Source: Heptranchias perlo (taxonomy: Eukaryota). From it: 64,000 nt of DNA. Positions 40,633-53,080 of the stretch are shown here, piece after piece. How positions within the stretch are numbered: position 1 is the stretch's first letter; every line of letters starts with the position of its first letter. Location: NCBI RefSeq assembly GCF_035084215.1, contig NC_090336.1:29326001-29390000 (forward strand). Reading direction: 5' to 3'. The position numbers and the translations under genes were made by a program. The notes below the pieces were generated by a model. It saw only the letters and a program-made list of their open reading frames with translations, was not told the origin of the DNA and ran no database searches.

Positions 40633-40938
40633 CTTTAAGATCAAGTATATTATTGCGCTCAATAGGTGTCATGGCTATGTTTGGATAAGAAACTTTCATT
40701 GTGTATTTGACTTGATCATCGTTGGGGGTTGGAGTGAAGGTTAGTTTTGCTATCTTGGACAGTCCTTGTTCACTGGCAGGTTCCTCCATTCTCATTGTAT
40801 ACGTCTGACTATTTTCGATTCTGCTCTCCCCTCTGAACCACTGCACTTCTACCTTCCTCGGAAAGAACAGTGTTATGGTACTGGATAAAGTTGCTTCCTG
40901 TTTTGGTTGAGGATTAGAGATGAAACTAATTTCTGATA
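40633..40938 (-). CDS. Ig C1-set-like exon 4 (cysteine-free)
   Basis: Acceptor ctccctccttcag|, donor AAAG|gtaagg, 306 nt, phase 1/1. (V)SEISFISNPQPKQEATLSSTITLFFPRKVEVQWFRG...AKLTFTPTPNDDQVKYTMKVSYP...PIERNNILDLK. Both canonical Cys absent. Confidence 0.82.
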
Positions 40939-42368
40939 CTGAAGGAGGGAGTGTTGAAAGAAAATAATGAGAAATAGTGACGGAGTAAGAAAATACACAA
41001 GTAGTACTGAAAGCATTTCTAATTATTCACGGTTTTTAATCTTCAATATAACTAAAAATGCAGAAAATATTATGTTCACCCTCAAGAATGTTTCAAATAT
41101 CTCCCTGAATCCCAGAAATTAACTATTGAAATTCATTGTTAGCAACGCATGGATTTACAAGTTTCTCAATCACTCATTACTCACAGCAAAATATTTGAAG
41201 ATACCGATGTACTGTAGTATAGTGCAATCACTTAGAATCATAGAATGGTTACAGCATAGAAGGAGGCCAATCGGCCCATCGAGCCCGTGCCGGCTCTTTG
41301 TAAGAGCAATCCAGTTAGTCCCATTCCCCCACTCTTTCCCAGTAGCCCTGCAAATTTTTTCCCTTCAAGTATTTATCCAAAGCCTTTTTGAAAGCCACAA
41401 TTGAATCTGCTTACATCATCTTTTCAGGCAGCGCATTCCAGATCATAACTACTCGCTGCATAAAAAAGATTTTCCCCGTGTCACCTTTGGTTCTTTTGCC
41501 AATCACCTTAAATCTGTATCCTCTGGTTCTTGACCTTTCCACCAATGGAACAGTTTCTCTTTATTTACTTTGTTTGAATCCTTCATGATTTTGAACACTT
41601 CTCTCAAATCTCCTCTTAACCTTCTCTGCTCTAAGGAGAACAACCCCAGCTTCTCCAGTCTATCCACGTAACTGAAGTCTCTCATCCCTGGAACCATTCT
41701 AGTAAATCTTTTCTGCACCCTCTCTAAGGCCTTCACATACTTCCTAAGGTACAGTGCCCAGAGTTGGACACCACACTCCAGCTGCGGCTGAACCAGTGTT
41801 TTATAAAGGTTCAACATAACTTCCTTGCTTTTGTACTCTATGGGGCTGATTTTCGGGTGACGGAGCACGTGCGTGGGGGGGGGTGGGGGGCTCCAAAAAT
41901 CGCTGAAATGCCAAGCGGGTTTGGAGCCCAGCTCCAACCCATTGACTTCCGGGTTCCCCAGTGACGCATCCAGGTGTGCGCGGGCCTCCCGAATGTGGGA
42001 GTCCCACCAGCAATTAAAGTCGGCGGGATGTTAATTTGCATAGTTTGTCCGATAGTTGACGTACTTGAACTATTTGATTGACCAGGGGTGCGATTTTGAA
42101 GGACCCTCAGCGTGTTTCCCGTACTGTGGGAAACTCTCCCTGTTGCAACAGACGTGTTTCAGCCAGCAGCCAGTGGGAGATGCAAATGCTAATTTGACAG
42201 GTGGGGAGAAAATGTCATTTATTGCAGTAGGGCACTCTGTCACTTCAGACAAAGTTTTGGCTGCAAGACCTTTGTGTTTTCACTCAAAAGTCTTACTTTC
42301 CACCCAAAACTGTGCTGTGCAAACATATTTAACTACTTTGCGGACCCCCTCAAACTGACACCATCAGG

Positions 42369-43545
42369 ATGGAGGGGGGCGCCATGGTTGCATTCACCAC
42401 TACATCCAAGGACGAGCAACATCACCAGGCATGGCGTCCACATCCGCCACAGTGCTGCGCCACAGGCACCTGCACAAGAGCACGGAAGGCAACAACAGAG
42501 AGAGTGATGTCGCAGGAGGCACTACCCTCGCCACAGGGTCTACAGACCGAGGCTCAGCTTCCTGGACTTCTCTGAGGAGCAGTTCATACGGAGGCTCAGT
42601 CAGTCGCCAGGTAGTCGTAGACATCTGCAGCCTTCTTCATGCCGAGCTGCTCCCGGCTGGGCTGAGCACCATCTCCTTACCTGTCGCTGTCAAAGTCACC
42701 ACTGCCCTCAACTTCTTCACCGCCAGATCATTCCAAGGTGCCACCAGGGACACCATCGTGGTCTCTCAAACGTCTGCACACAAGTGCATGAGGCAGGTTA
42801 CCGACGGCTTATTTCGCAGAGCCTCGCACTACGTCAACTTCCCCATGGACGACCTCATCCAGACAGAGAGGGCAGTGAGATTCCACGCTCTGGCTGGCTT
42901 CCTACGGGTGCAGGGTGCAATCGATTGCACCCATATAGCAATACGAGCACCTCCACACGAGCCAGGACTGTTCATCAACAGGAAGGGCTATCACTCCATC
43001 AACACTCAGCTCGTTTGTGACCACAGCAAGAGATTCCTTCATGTGTGCACCAGATACCCTGTCAGCTGCCACGATTCCTTCATCCTTCGGGAGTCCAACA
43101 TCCCGCCCCTCTTCCATACACTGAACACCCGTAAGGGCTGGCTCCTCGGGTACAAGGGATACCCCCTGCACACGTGGCTCATGTCACCTCTGAGGAACCC
43201 CATCACCGAGCAACGGCGTCGATATAACAACAGCCACATCGCTACCAGGTCTACAATTCAGCATGCTATAGGGCTGCTCAAGATGCACTTCAGGTGCCTT
43301 GATCTGTCTGGGGGAGTGCTTCAATACACAGCACGCAGAGTGGGACGTATTATAGTCGTGTGTTGTGCCCTGCACAACAAGGCACAACAGAGAGGGGTGC
43401 GGCTTGAGGAGGCCCCATCCACATCTGTCACCCACATTGAGGAGGAGGAGGAGGAGGAGGAGCAGCAACCCATGGGCAGAGCAGCGACTCACCTGGCTGC
43501 TCGTGAGGCCAGGGAGTCCACTGATATGTGAATGGTTCTCCTAAC
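42369..43545 (+). pseudogene. Harbinger DDE transposase (HARBI1-like), inactivated
   Basis: GAIDCTHIAI, FINRKGYHSINTQLVCD, SCHDSFI, WLLGYKGYP (normally GD), RSTIQHAIGLLKMHFRCL (normally E..FG.LK.RF). N-terminal frameshift between ORFs 42369 and 42431. Confidence 0.9.
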
Positions 43546-43854
43546 AGACAGTGCGAAGAGTCCAGTCATCACACCACCTGGATAGAGCAGTGCCCATGCC
43601 AGCACCCACCCCCCCTGCACAAAACAGTCCTGCAACTACATATACATCCACTGTAAAGTGACCCAATGTTTGGCATCAAGTGTTGGTGTTCATGGTGAAT
43701 TTCATGAAAGGGCCTTATTACAGAAGCCAGTCAAGAATGGCCAAGACGTGGCAGTAGTGGCGACAATAATAATATTTAATGTGAGTTTAACAAAAAACAA
43801 ATATAAATAAAAAACATCACCAACCGTCAAACAACCTTGTCCATCCCCTTCGTG

Positions 43855-45738
43855 CTTACAAAACCTTCGCCTTTCGCTTCTGACTGCTTCTGCATGTTAG
43901 ATCCCCTGAGGCTGCAGCAGAGGTAGTGGCAGGTTGCTCTTGTTCATGCCCTGACCGATTAGATGCTTTGGGCCTATGCCTTATGGGTTTTGGTGCCTGT
44001 GAGGGCTCCTACAAAGACTGCTCCACCTGCGCTTGTGCAAGGGCAGACTCGGCCACCAGGAGAGGAGGCAGCATTGCGGGTACTGATTGAGAGGGGGGGC
44101 AGCGGGTGAGAGGTGGGGGCGCGATGAGTGACGTCCCCACTTCCATGTCCCCTTTCGCCATCATCCCTCCCCTGGGCCAGGCCCGCATCACTCCCATCAC
44201 CCAACTGGACAACAGTTTGGAGGACATGTGTGAAGCTTTGTAAGGCTAGTGCAAGTGTATCTGGCTGCCTGTTTAAGGCAGCAGAATGTTGTTCACCCTG
44301 AGTCCAAACGGCCATTGTCAGGGCCTGAATGGACTCATTTATGAGCCGTGTTTGAAGCTCCACAGAGGCTAGCCTTCCTTCCATCGCAGACATTCCCGCA
44401 CTTACCCGCGACACTATCTCAGAGATGCCCTCACGTCCCTGTGACAGTATCTCAGAGATTCCCTCCTGTAACTGTGCCACCATTCCACTCATGCAGGTGT
44501 TGGACTCCTCCATCCTCTGCGCGATTGTGGAGAGTGCGCGTGGCACCTGTTCCAGAACCTTGCAAATGTGCTGCTGCCCCTCGATCATTCTCCTTTTAAA
44601 GGATGGCCCCCAGGATTCAGCATCTGTGTCCAGCTGAGCAGAGCCTGGAGAGGAGTGCTCCCACCCACGCGGACTCTCCACAGCTGCTCCTGCCACCAGT
44701 GTCTGCCCGTGCTCACGTGTGTGTGGTAACTCACCATGTGCGACCCCAACTAACTGAGGACTGGGACCCACCAAGGTGTGTGTATCTGCGCTGGTGGATG
44801 GCTCGTTCAGATGTCACGGTGCCCCCTCAGAGGCCGGCAGGTCCTCTGCGGAATTGCCCTCCACCTTCACAGCGGTCGCTGAAGGCCCTATAAGAGAACA
44901 GAAGGCAATATTAAGCATGATCACAGATGTGCCATGTTGCGATGAGCATACTGAGATGCTGCAGATGGCGAGGCATTTTAACATCAATTCATATTGTTAA
45001 AGTTCTGTCACCAGACATTTGTCGGGTACCAGTCTCGGTGTCCCCGATGGACAGGCACCCGAGAGTGCGGTTCAGCTCCAGCGCCTCCTGCTCCGCGTCT
45101 GTGAGGACGACCATTTGTTGCAGCCCCCCTCCGGTCTTTGCCCTCTCCCATGCATTCTGGGCTCTCTTCTCCTATAAGGGGAGAAAGTAGATACGCATGA
45201 GTGAGTGATAGTGACGTGGCCAACCGATGAATGCATTGGTTTGGGTGCGGCTGACTGTGAAAGAGATGCATCAGAGGGTGAGTATGAGACAGAGCCATGA
45301 CATTGTATGAGGATTGGGTTGAGTGGTAGTGGTGGGGTGACTAATGGGGAGGTGAGGAAGTGCAGGTAAGTTGAGGATGAGCTTTCAGTGGGTGTGAGGA
45401 GTGATGTGATAGAGTAGAGTTTGCAGTGCAGAATGAGTTGGGGGGTGGGGGCGTTGATGTGGAAGACGGAATGTAGGAGAATGAATAAGTGTACTCACTT
45501 TTGCTGACCTAGTTCGGTCATTGAAGCGCTTCCTGCACTGGATCCAGGTGCAGGAGATCTTGCTGCTGCTGGTGACCTCCTCTGCCACCTTGAGCCAGGC
45601 CTTCTTGGTGTCAGAGGCAGGCCACTTCCTCCCATCTGCCGGGTAGAAGACATCCCTCCTCCTCCTCACCCCATGCAGTAGCACCTGGAGTGAGGCATCA
45701 CTAAATCTAGGAGCAGCTTTTCCCCTGTGCTGCTCCAT
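43855..45738 (-). pseudogene. Harbinger Myb/SANT-like DNA-binding protein gene, 3 exons (45738-45499, 45171-45012, 44887 to about 43855)
   Basis: MEQHRGKAAPRFSDASLQVLL..VRRRRDVFY...KKAWLKVAEEV...TWIQCRKRFND (trihelix/Myb). GT-AG introns; coiled-coil-like exon 3. Integrity and 3' end uncertain. Confidence 0.82.
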
Positions 45739-46769
45739 TGTGCTGTGTGGGTGTTTGCTCCAGGAGAAGCCATTGGAGGACTGCCCCTTTAAATAGAGCT
45801 CCTCCACCTCACAGCCTGTGATGCGGGTGTGCAGTCCACCCACTGCACAACTTTCAGACGGCAAACCCAGAAGCCACGTTAAGTGGCTCCAATTGACCCG
45901 CGATCGGTGGGAACCGGACAGATTTTACCCACGCGCCCAATCGCTCCCTCACTGCCATCCCGCCTCCCTGCTAACATCGGAGCCTATGTCTCTATTTATA
46001 AAGCCCAAGATCCCATATGCTTTTTCAACCTCTTTGTCAACCTGACCTGCCACCTTCAATGATTTGTATACGTATACCTCCAGCTCTCTCTGTTCCTGCA
46101 TCCCCCCTTTCGAATTGTACCATTTAGATTATTTTGCCTCTCCTCATTCTTCCTGCCAAAATGTATCACTTCTCACTTCTCTGCATTAAATTTCATTTGC
46201 TATGTGTCCGCCATTCCACCAGCCTGTCTATGTTCTCTTGAATCTATTACTATCCTCCTCACTGTTCACTACACTTCCAAGTTTTGTGTCATCTGCAAAT
46301 TTTGAAATTGTGCCCTGTACACTCAAGTCCAAGTCATTAACATATATCAAGAAAAGCAGTGGATCTAGTACTGACTCCTGGGGAACACCACTGTATACCT
46401 TCCTCCAGTCCAAAAAATAACCGTTCACCACTACTCTGTTTCCTGTCACTTAGCCAATTTCATATCAATGCGGTCACTGCTCCTTTTATTCCATGGGCTT
46501 CAATTTTGCTGACAAGCCTATTATGTGGCATTTTATCAAACGCCTTTTGAAAGTCCATATACACATCAACCGCATTGCCCTCATCGACCCTTTCTGTTAC
46601 CTCATTAAAAAACTCAATCAAGTTAGTTAAACATGATTTGCCTTTAGCAAATCCATGCTGGGTTTCCTTTATTAATCCCCACTTGTCCAAGTGACTATTA
46701 ATTTTGTGCCGGATTAACATTTCTAAAAGCTTCCGCCCCACCGAGGCTAAGCTGCAAGCTTTCTCTTAC

Positions 46770-47069
46770 CTTGAAGATTAAACGAGAAGCTGCGTTCAAT
46801 GGGTGTTGAGGGTACTCTTCTATGAACAACTTGAATTCTGTATTCAATCAGATTGTCATTAGTGGCTGGAGTGAATGTTAATTTTGCTGTCTTGTAAAGG
46901 CCATCTTGTATGAGCTCTTCCATGATCATTAAATCTTCATTGGTCCGTTCTATTGTTTCCTTACCTCTGTACCATTTAACCTCAATCTCTTCTGGAAATT
47001 TTGTACGCACACAACAGGACAAAGTTACTTTGTTTCCTGGTTCAGAACTGCAGGTGATTTCTGATACTT
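46770..47069 (-). CDS. Ig C1-set-like exon 3
   Basis: Acceptor tttatgttttgcag|, donor CAAG|gtaaga, 300 nt, phase 1/1. (E)VSEITCSSEPGNKVTLSCCVRTKFPEEIEVKWYRG...AKLTFTPATNDNLIEYRIQVVH...PIERSFSFNLQ. Confidence 0.88.
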
Positions 47070-47159
47070 CTGCAAAACATAAATGAACAATCAAGTAATC
47101 GAGGTGATACTTTGCCCAGGGGTTTGCTCACTAAGATTTTGAAATAAATATACAGTTGT

Positions 47160-48290
47160 ATTTACAATCGCAAGTTATATTTATTCTAGGCTTACCAAGA
47201 TGATAAATTAAAACCAACAAATGGGAGGAAAACAATGTCTAAATGCTCTCCAGTTTTCAAACACCATCAATGCTGGTAGTATTAAGTTTTGTTCTCCTTG
47301 CATCATTTTCCAAATTAACTTTGGTTTCCTTCTGACCATTCCTCCAGCATATCCTGCTCACTTTCAAACTTTGTCATTCCTGTGTTTTTCTGTCTTACAC
47401 CAAGGTTTTACCACCTTCACCTTATATCCCTTCATTGCTTATAAGCGAAACTGCAATCAAACAAAACCATACTTGGCTCTTAGAAGGCACTTGGACATAT
47501 AAAGGATCATTTGAACTCAGAAATTACTGTTCCCAATATTAACTTATCAATGCTTAATGCATTTGTATGATGTTCTTCTGTCTGCTATTTTGATGCAGGA
47601 ATTAACCTGTTTATTTTAAATGGATTAATACCTTTGCTAAAATAGCAGGCAAGGGAATGTTACATGAACATAAGTGTACATCCACTAATGTCACCAATGG
47701 TAATTTCTAGGCTTTACTTTCTAATGACACACTAATGAGGTTATATAAATCTTCATGTTACCCGTCATCCCATGCAACAAGTTTTATTAAAGAGTCAGCA
47801 CACTCTGATTTATTTTATACATTTATCTCAATGTTACAGGTAAAGATCAAAGCAAATGTTTACAAAAGGCCAAACAGGCTGTGGTGACACAGGACAACTC
47901 TTAAAGCTACTCTTAAAGTTATGAATTACCTTCACAACTGCTGAGGTAATTCAAATACTTTGTTCTTTCAAATGTATAGGTTAATATAATACTAAGCACC
48001 TGCTACTTAAATAAAATACTTTACAAAAAATATCCTTTCCTCATTTTGTGCCTGATGGGTGAAAAATAAAATCATTTATTTATCTTCATCGTTTTTTGAA
48101 TGTTTCTAATGTTACTGCCACCAATTTTAAAATGCACTAATACCAGCTGTAACTGCCCTGAGGACACACTGTCTTCAGCTAGTTTCTCAACCCATTAAAC
48201 TGAGCCAATGTTTAATATAGCTTGCTGTCAGAATATTCAACATGATCATAATGTTAATCTAATAGTTTCACAAAATCACCTCACTAGTCA
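47160..48290. repeat. Intronic segment duplicated at about 53280-54390
   Basis: Colinear similarity, e.g. aaatgggaggaaaacaatgtctaaatg, cctccagcatatcctgctcactttcaaactttgtcattcc, ctgccctgaggacacactgtc. Confidence 0.92.
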
Positions 48291-49364
48291 AATGCAGTGA
48301 AACCTGTAAATTACAGACACCATGGGGACTGGCATCAGCTGTTCTTTTTTTGCAGGTGTCCTTATTTTCAAAATGGACACTGTATGTACTGTAAAAATTT
48401 CACCAACAATTTTGAATTACCAGATGAGATAATGATCAGCACCTAATCAGCTGAAACAATGATAAGAATCCTCCTTCCACACACCAGCCTTCAGCTCTGT
48501 TCATTTAACAGTTCTGCCGTCTAAATTGCCATTTAATTTCAAACCGCTCTCTCTTGGAGCAGAGCATAACTTCAGTATTGAACTGCGTTTCTCAGTTCTA
48601 CCTACCAGCATTAGGGCAGTCACAGGACGGAAAAAGGGGAGAATGTGATGACAGGCTGTGCCAGGATACTGAAGCTTCCAAAGGCAAGTCTTAGAATGGA
48701 TTGAGAACATTTGGGAGGGAAGACACAACAGGTCACATTACGCGGAGGAGTGAAACTGCAGTTTTCTGGTTGAGCAGTGAGTCTGCAGGAGGACTGACTG
48801 AAAGCTGGGACTCTCAGTCTATAAAGCAACAGAAAGACAGTGAGACCCAGGACAGACATCCACCTTCACTCCCCAAAGACGAAGCTCCTCAAAGAAGCGG
48901 ATCCACCATCAGAAGCCCAGGAAAAGAAGGCGATGGCAGGGTCAGGGAGAGAGGAGCTGCCAGCAGCCACTGAGTGTAAGGATGCAGCGCTGGGGCTGGA
49001 AAGGACGGCCCCTCTCGCTTTTCGCATGTGCTTTCCTTGATTCGTGAGGCTGGTGTGGTTAGTGAATGCAGATCAGAGTGAGGTGACAGTGGATTTTGTG
49101 AAACGGCTATTGTCGAATGGGGAGTTCTTAAACCAGCATATAAAGTGGCAGAGAAATCCCTCTATCCCTGGAATAGAGCTGTCCAAGCATTCAATCCCAG
49201 GGACAGAGCGGTTTCTCTACCATTATGGATGCTAGATCAAGAGCTTGCCATTTCACAAAAGCTATTTCTTTCACAAAACCCGCTGCTGCCTCGCACTGAC
49301 CTGCGAGTTCTGTGTTTTAAGTTGTAAAAGGACTTGGTACATTGAAGGCTGTCCGTAGTTTGTA

Positions 49365-52025
49365 ATTTTTTTTTATTCCTTCATGGGATGTGGGCGTCGC
49401 TGGCGAGGCCAGCATTTATTGCCCATCCCTAATTGCCCTTGAGAAGGTGGTGGTGAGCCGCCTTCTTGAAACGCTGCAGTCCGAGTGGCGAAGGTTCTCC
49501 CACAGTGCTGTTAGGAAGGGAGTTCCAGGATTTTGACCCAGCGACGATGAAGGAACGGTGATATATTTCCAAGTCGGGATGGTGTGTGACTTGGAGGGGA
49601 ACGTGCAGGTGGTGTTGTTCCCATGTGCCTGCTGCCCTTGTCCTTCTAGGTGGTAGAGGTCGCGGGTTTGGGAGGTGCTGTCAAAGAAGCCTTGGCGAGT
49701 TGCTGCAGTGCATCCTGTGGATGGTACACACTGCAGCCACTGTGCGTCGGTGGTGAAGGGAGTGAATGCTTAGGGTGGTGGATGAGGTGCCAATTAAGCG
49801 GGCTGCTTTGTCCTGGATGGTGTTGAGCTTCTTGAGTGTTGTTGGAGCTGCACTCATCCAGGCAAGTGGAGAGTATTCCATGACACTCCTGACTTGTGCC
49901 TTGTAGATGGTGGAAAGGATTTGGGGAGTCAGGAGGTGAGTCACTCGCCGCAGAATACCCAGCCTCTGACCTGCTCTTTTAGCCACAGTATTTATATTGC
50001 TGGTCCAGTTAAGTTTCTGGTCAATGGTGACCCCTCGGATGTTGATGGTGGCAGATTCGGCGATGGTAATGCCGTTGAATGTCAAGAGGAGGTGGTTAGA
50101 CTCTCTCTTGTTGGAGATGGTCATTGCCTGGCACTTGTCTGGCACGAATGTTATTTGCCACTTATCAGCCCAAGCCTGGATGTTGTCCAGGTCTTGCTGC
50201 ATGCAGGCTCGGAATGCTTCATTATCTGAGGGGTTGCCAATGGAACTGAACACTGTGCAATCATCAGCGAACATCCCCATTTCTGACCTTATGATGGAGG
50301 GAAGGTCATTGATGAAGCAGCTGAAGATGGTTGGGCCTAGGACACTGCCCTGAGGAACTCCTGCAGCAATGCCCTGGGGCTGAGATGATTGGCCTCCAAC
50401 AACCACTACCATCTTCCTTTGTGCTAGGTATGACTCCAGCCACTGGAGAGTTTTCCCCCTGATTCCCATTGACTTCAATTTTACTAGGGTTCCTTGGTGC
50501 CACACTCGGTCAAATGCTGCCTTGATGTCAAGGGCAGTCACTCTCACCTCACCTCTGGAATTCAGCTCTTTTGTCCATGTTTGGACCAAGGCTGTAATGA
50601 TGTCTGGAGCCGAGTGGTCCTGGCGGAACCCAAACTGAGCATCGGTGAGCAGGTTATTGGTGAGTAAGTGCCGCTTGATAGCACTGTCGACGACTCCTTC
50701 CACCACTTTGCTGATGATTGAGAGTAGACTGATGGGGCGGTAATTGGCAGGATTTATTTGTCCTGCTTTTTGTGGACAGGACATACCTGGACAATTTTCC
50801 ACATTGTCGGGTGGATGCCAGTGTTGTAGATGTACTGGAACAGCTTGGCTAGAGGCGCAGCTAGTTCTGGAGCACAAGACTTCAGAACTACAGCCAGGAT
50901 GTTGTTGGGGCCCATAGCCTTTGCTGTATCCAGTGCACTCAGCTGTTTCTTGATATCACGTGGAGCGAATCGAATTGGCTGAAGACTGGCTTCTGTGATG
51001 GTGGGGATATCGGGAGGAGGCCAAGATGGATCATCCACTCGGCACTTATGGCTGAAGATGGTTGCTAACGCTTCAGCCTTGTCTTTTGCACTCACGTGCT
51101 GGACTTCGCCACCATTGAGAATGGGGATGTTTGCAGAGCCTCCTCCTCCCGTTAGTTGTTTAATTGTCCACCACCATTCATGACTGGATGTGGCAGGACT
51201 GCAGATCTTTGATCTGATCCGTTGGCTGTGGAATCGCTTAGCTCTGTCTATAGCATGTTGCTTCCGCTGTTTAGCATGCAAGTAGTCCTGAGTTGTAGCT
51301 TCACCAGGTTGGCACCTCATTTTTAGGTATGCATGGGGCTGCTTCTGGCATGCTCTTCTACACTCTTCATTGAACCAGGGTTGATCCCCTGGCTTGTTGG
51401 TAATGGTAGGGTGAGGAATATGCTGGGCCATGAGGTTACAGAATACAATTCTGTTGCTTCTGATGGCCCACAGTGCCTCATGGATGCCCAGTTTTGAGCT
51501 GCTAGATATGCTCTGAATCTATCCCATTTAGCACCGTGGTAGTGCCACACAACACGTTGGATGGTGTCCTCAGTGCGAAGACGGGACTTCATCTCCCATC
51601 TGTGCGGTGGGCACTCCTACCAATACTGTCATGGACAGATGCATTTGCAACAGGTAGATTGGTGAGGACGAGGTCAAGTAAGTTTTTCCCTCGTGTTGGT
51701 TCGCTCACCACCTGCCGCAGGTCCAATCTGGCAGCTATGTCCTTCAGGACTCAGCCAGCTCTGTCAGGAGTGGTGCTACCGAGCCACTCTTGGTGTTGGA
51801 CATTGAAGTCCCCCACCCAGAGTACATTCTGTGCCCTTGCTACCCTCAGTGCTTCCTCCAAATGTTGTTCAACATGGAGGAGGACTGCTTCATCAGCTGA
51901 GGGAGGGCGGTAGGTGGTAATCAGCAGGTGGTTTCTTTGCCCATGTTTGACCTGATGCCATGAGATTTCACGGGGTCCAGAGTCAATGTTGAGGATTCCC
52001 AGGGCTTCTCCCTCCTGAGTATCCA
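49365..52025 (-). mobile_element. Family A LINE, most of the APE-RT ORF plus 3' end, frameshifted
   Basis: ORFs 51751-52044 (YRPPS, WVGDFN), 50754-51431 and 49681-50877 (NYRPISLL, QFGFR, LDIKAAFDRV, GVPQGSVLGP, FADD); poly(T) at about 49365. Confidence 0.95.
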
Positions 52026-52099
52026 TGATTTCAGAGTGCCTCATGTAGATTTTACCATGTAAGTTATTTTGTGGAAGTGTCCGTTTATACAGGTTTCAC

Positions 52100-53080
52100 T
52101 GTATTGTATCTTACTCACGCAGTGCAAGCAAATCATTCTCCCATCGTGCTTTAAAATGTCTAAATACGACAGTGTAATGGAACCAAATGAAAACGTTGGC
52201 CTTACCCTGCAGGATTAGCTTCAAACTGCGTTCAACAGGTAATGCTGACGCCCGTGGATGAGTAACTTTAATGCTATATTTCACTTGGTTGTCATCTACA
52301 GCAGGAATGAAAATTGCTTTTGCAATTATATTGGGCAATCCACCTTCAGAAAATACCTCTTCCATTGCCATTCCAAAGTTACTTCCGTTTATAATTTTCA
52401 CTTTGTCTCTATACCATTGAACCTCAATCTCTTTTGGAAACAATGTACTTATGGTACAGAGCAATGTGACTTCTTTTCCTGGCTCAGCATCAGGACTACA
52501 GCTGAGTTCTGATACGCTGGGAAAAGAACGAGGAAAAGAACGAGGAAAAAACATAAACGGAGACCTTCATGATGAAATAAGCGTAACTCAATAATATCAG
52601 ATTTAGAAATACTGATTTCCCTTTCATTTGTAAAAATGCAAGGTCTCTATAGAAATTAACTGTGGCTGAGAGCAAGTTGCCAGGCTGTTACATACTGAGG
52701 GTGCCAGACTGGCATATCCTGAACCCAACTCGTATGCTACACCCTTGGAAAAATACCCAAACATTCTTCGTTAATTAAAATACAGAGTTTCCTCAAGTCT
52801 TCTATTCAACATCTGTTGTTAAAAAGCCCATATCTTGCACTGCCACTGCCAGTTTTTCTTTCAAGTTGTAAATTGTCACCATTACAGCCATCAACTTTTG
52901 ACAAGTGGGTTAGCATCAGGTGACCAAGATTAAAACACCAGACCAGGGTTATAATAAGCTTGAATAATACCCAGTGTTAGTGCGCAATTATAATTTTAGT
53001 GGCGTCACACAGCCACTAAATTTTATGGAGACCAATGGAAGATACGCTCTGTTTAAAAGATATTTGCTGCAGCCGCACGC
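52100..53080. repeat. Exon plus flanking intron duplicated at 54420-55037 and 60028-60380
   Basis: 52520-52720 matches 54850-55037, and 52720-53080 matches 60028-60380; the second copy is interrupted by a 5-kb LINE. Confidence 0.9.
52206..52508 (-). CDS. Ig C1-set-like exon 2 (recent duplicate of exon 1; acceptor rearranged)
   Basis: Donor CAGG|gtaagg; about 87% aa identity to exon 1; open frame ELSCSPDAEPGKEVTLLCTISTLFPKEIEVQWYR...KYSIKVTH. In frame only with the AG at 52510-52509; the AG at 52518-52517 shifts the frame. Confidence 0.7.

Larger units (their letters stand above)
41842..45984. mobile_element. Full-length PIF/Harbinger DNA transposon (convergent transposase and Myb/SANT genes)
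   Basis: 3-bp TSD TAT (41839-41841, 45985-45987); imperfect TIRs GGGGCTGATTTT and AACATCGGAGCC; two-gene architecture. Confidence 0.93.
41233..46746 (-). mobile_element. CR1 RT/3' fragment split by a Harbinger insertion (41233-41841 and 45985-46746)
   Basis: ORFs 46460-46741 (QHGFAKGKSCLTNLIEFF, YMDFQKAFDK), 46228-46449 (GVPQES, FADDTKL) and 41503-41840. The sequence rejoins as tgtactcTATgtctctatttataaagccc, matching the uninterrupted copy at 30531. Confidence 0.92.

Noticed and set aside
42431-43531. Domesticated host gene HARBI1
   Set aside because: It lies within TIR/TSD-bounded transposon sequence with a partner Myb gene, is frameshifted and has catalytic substitutions.
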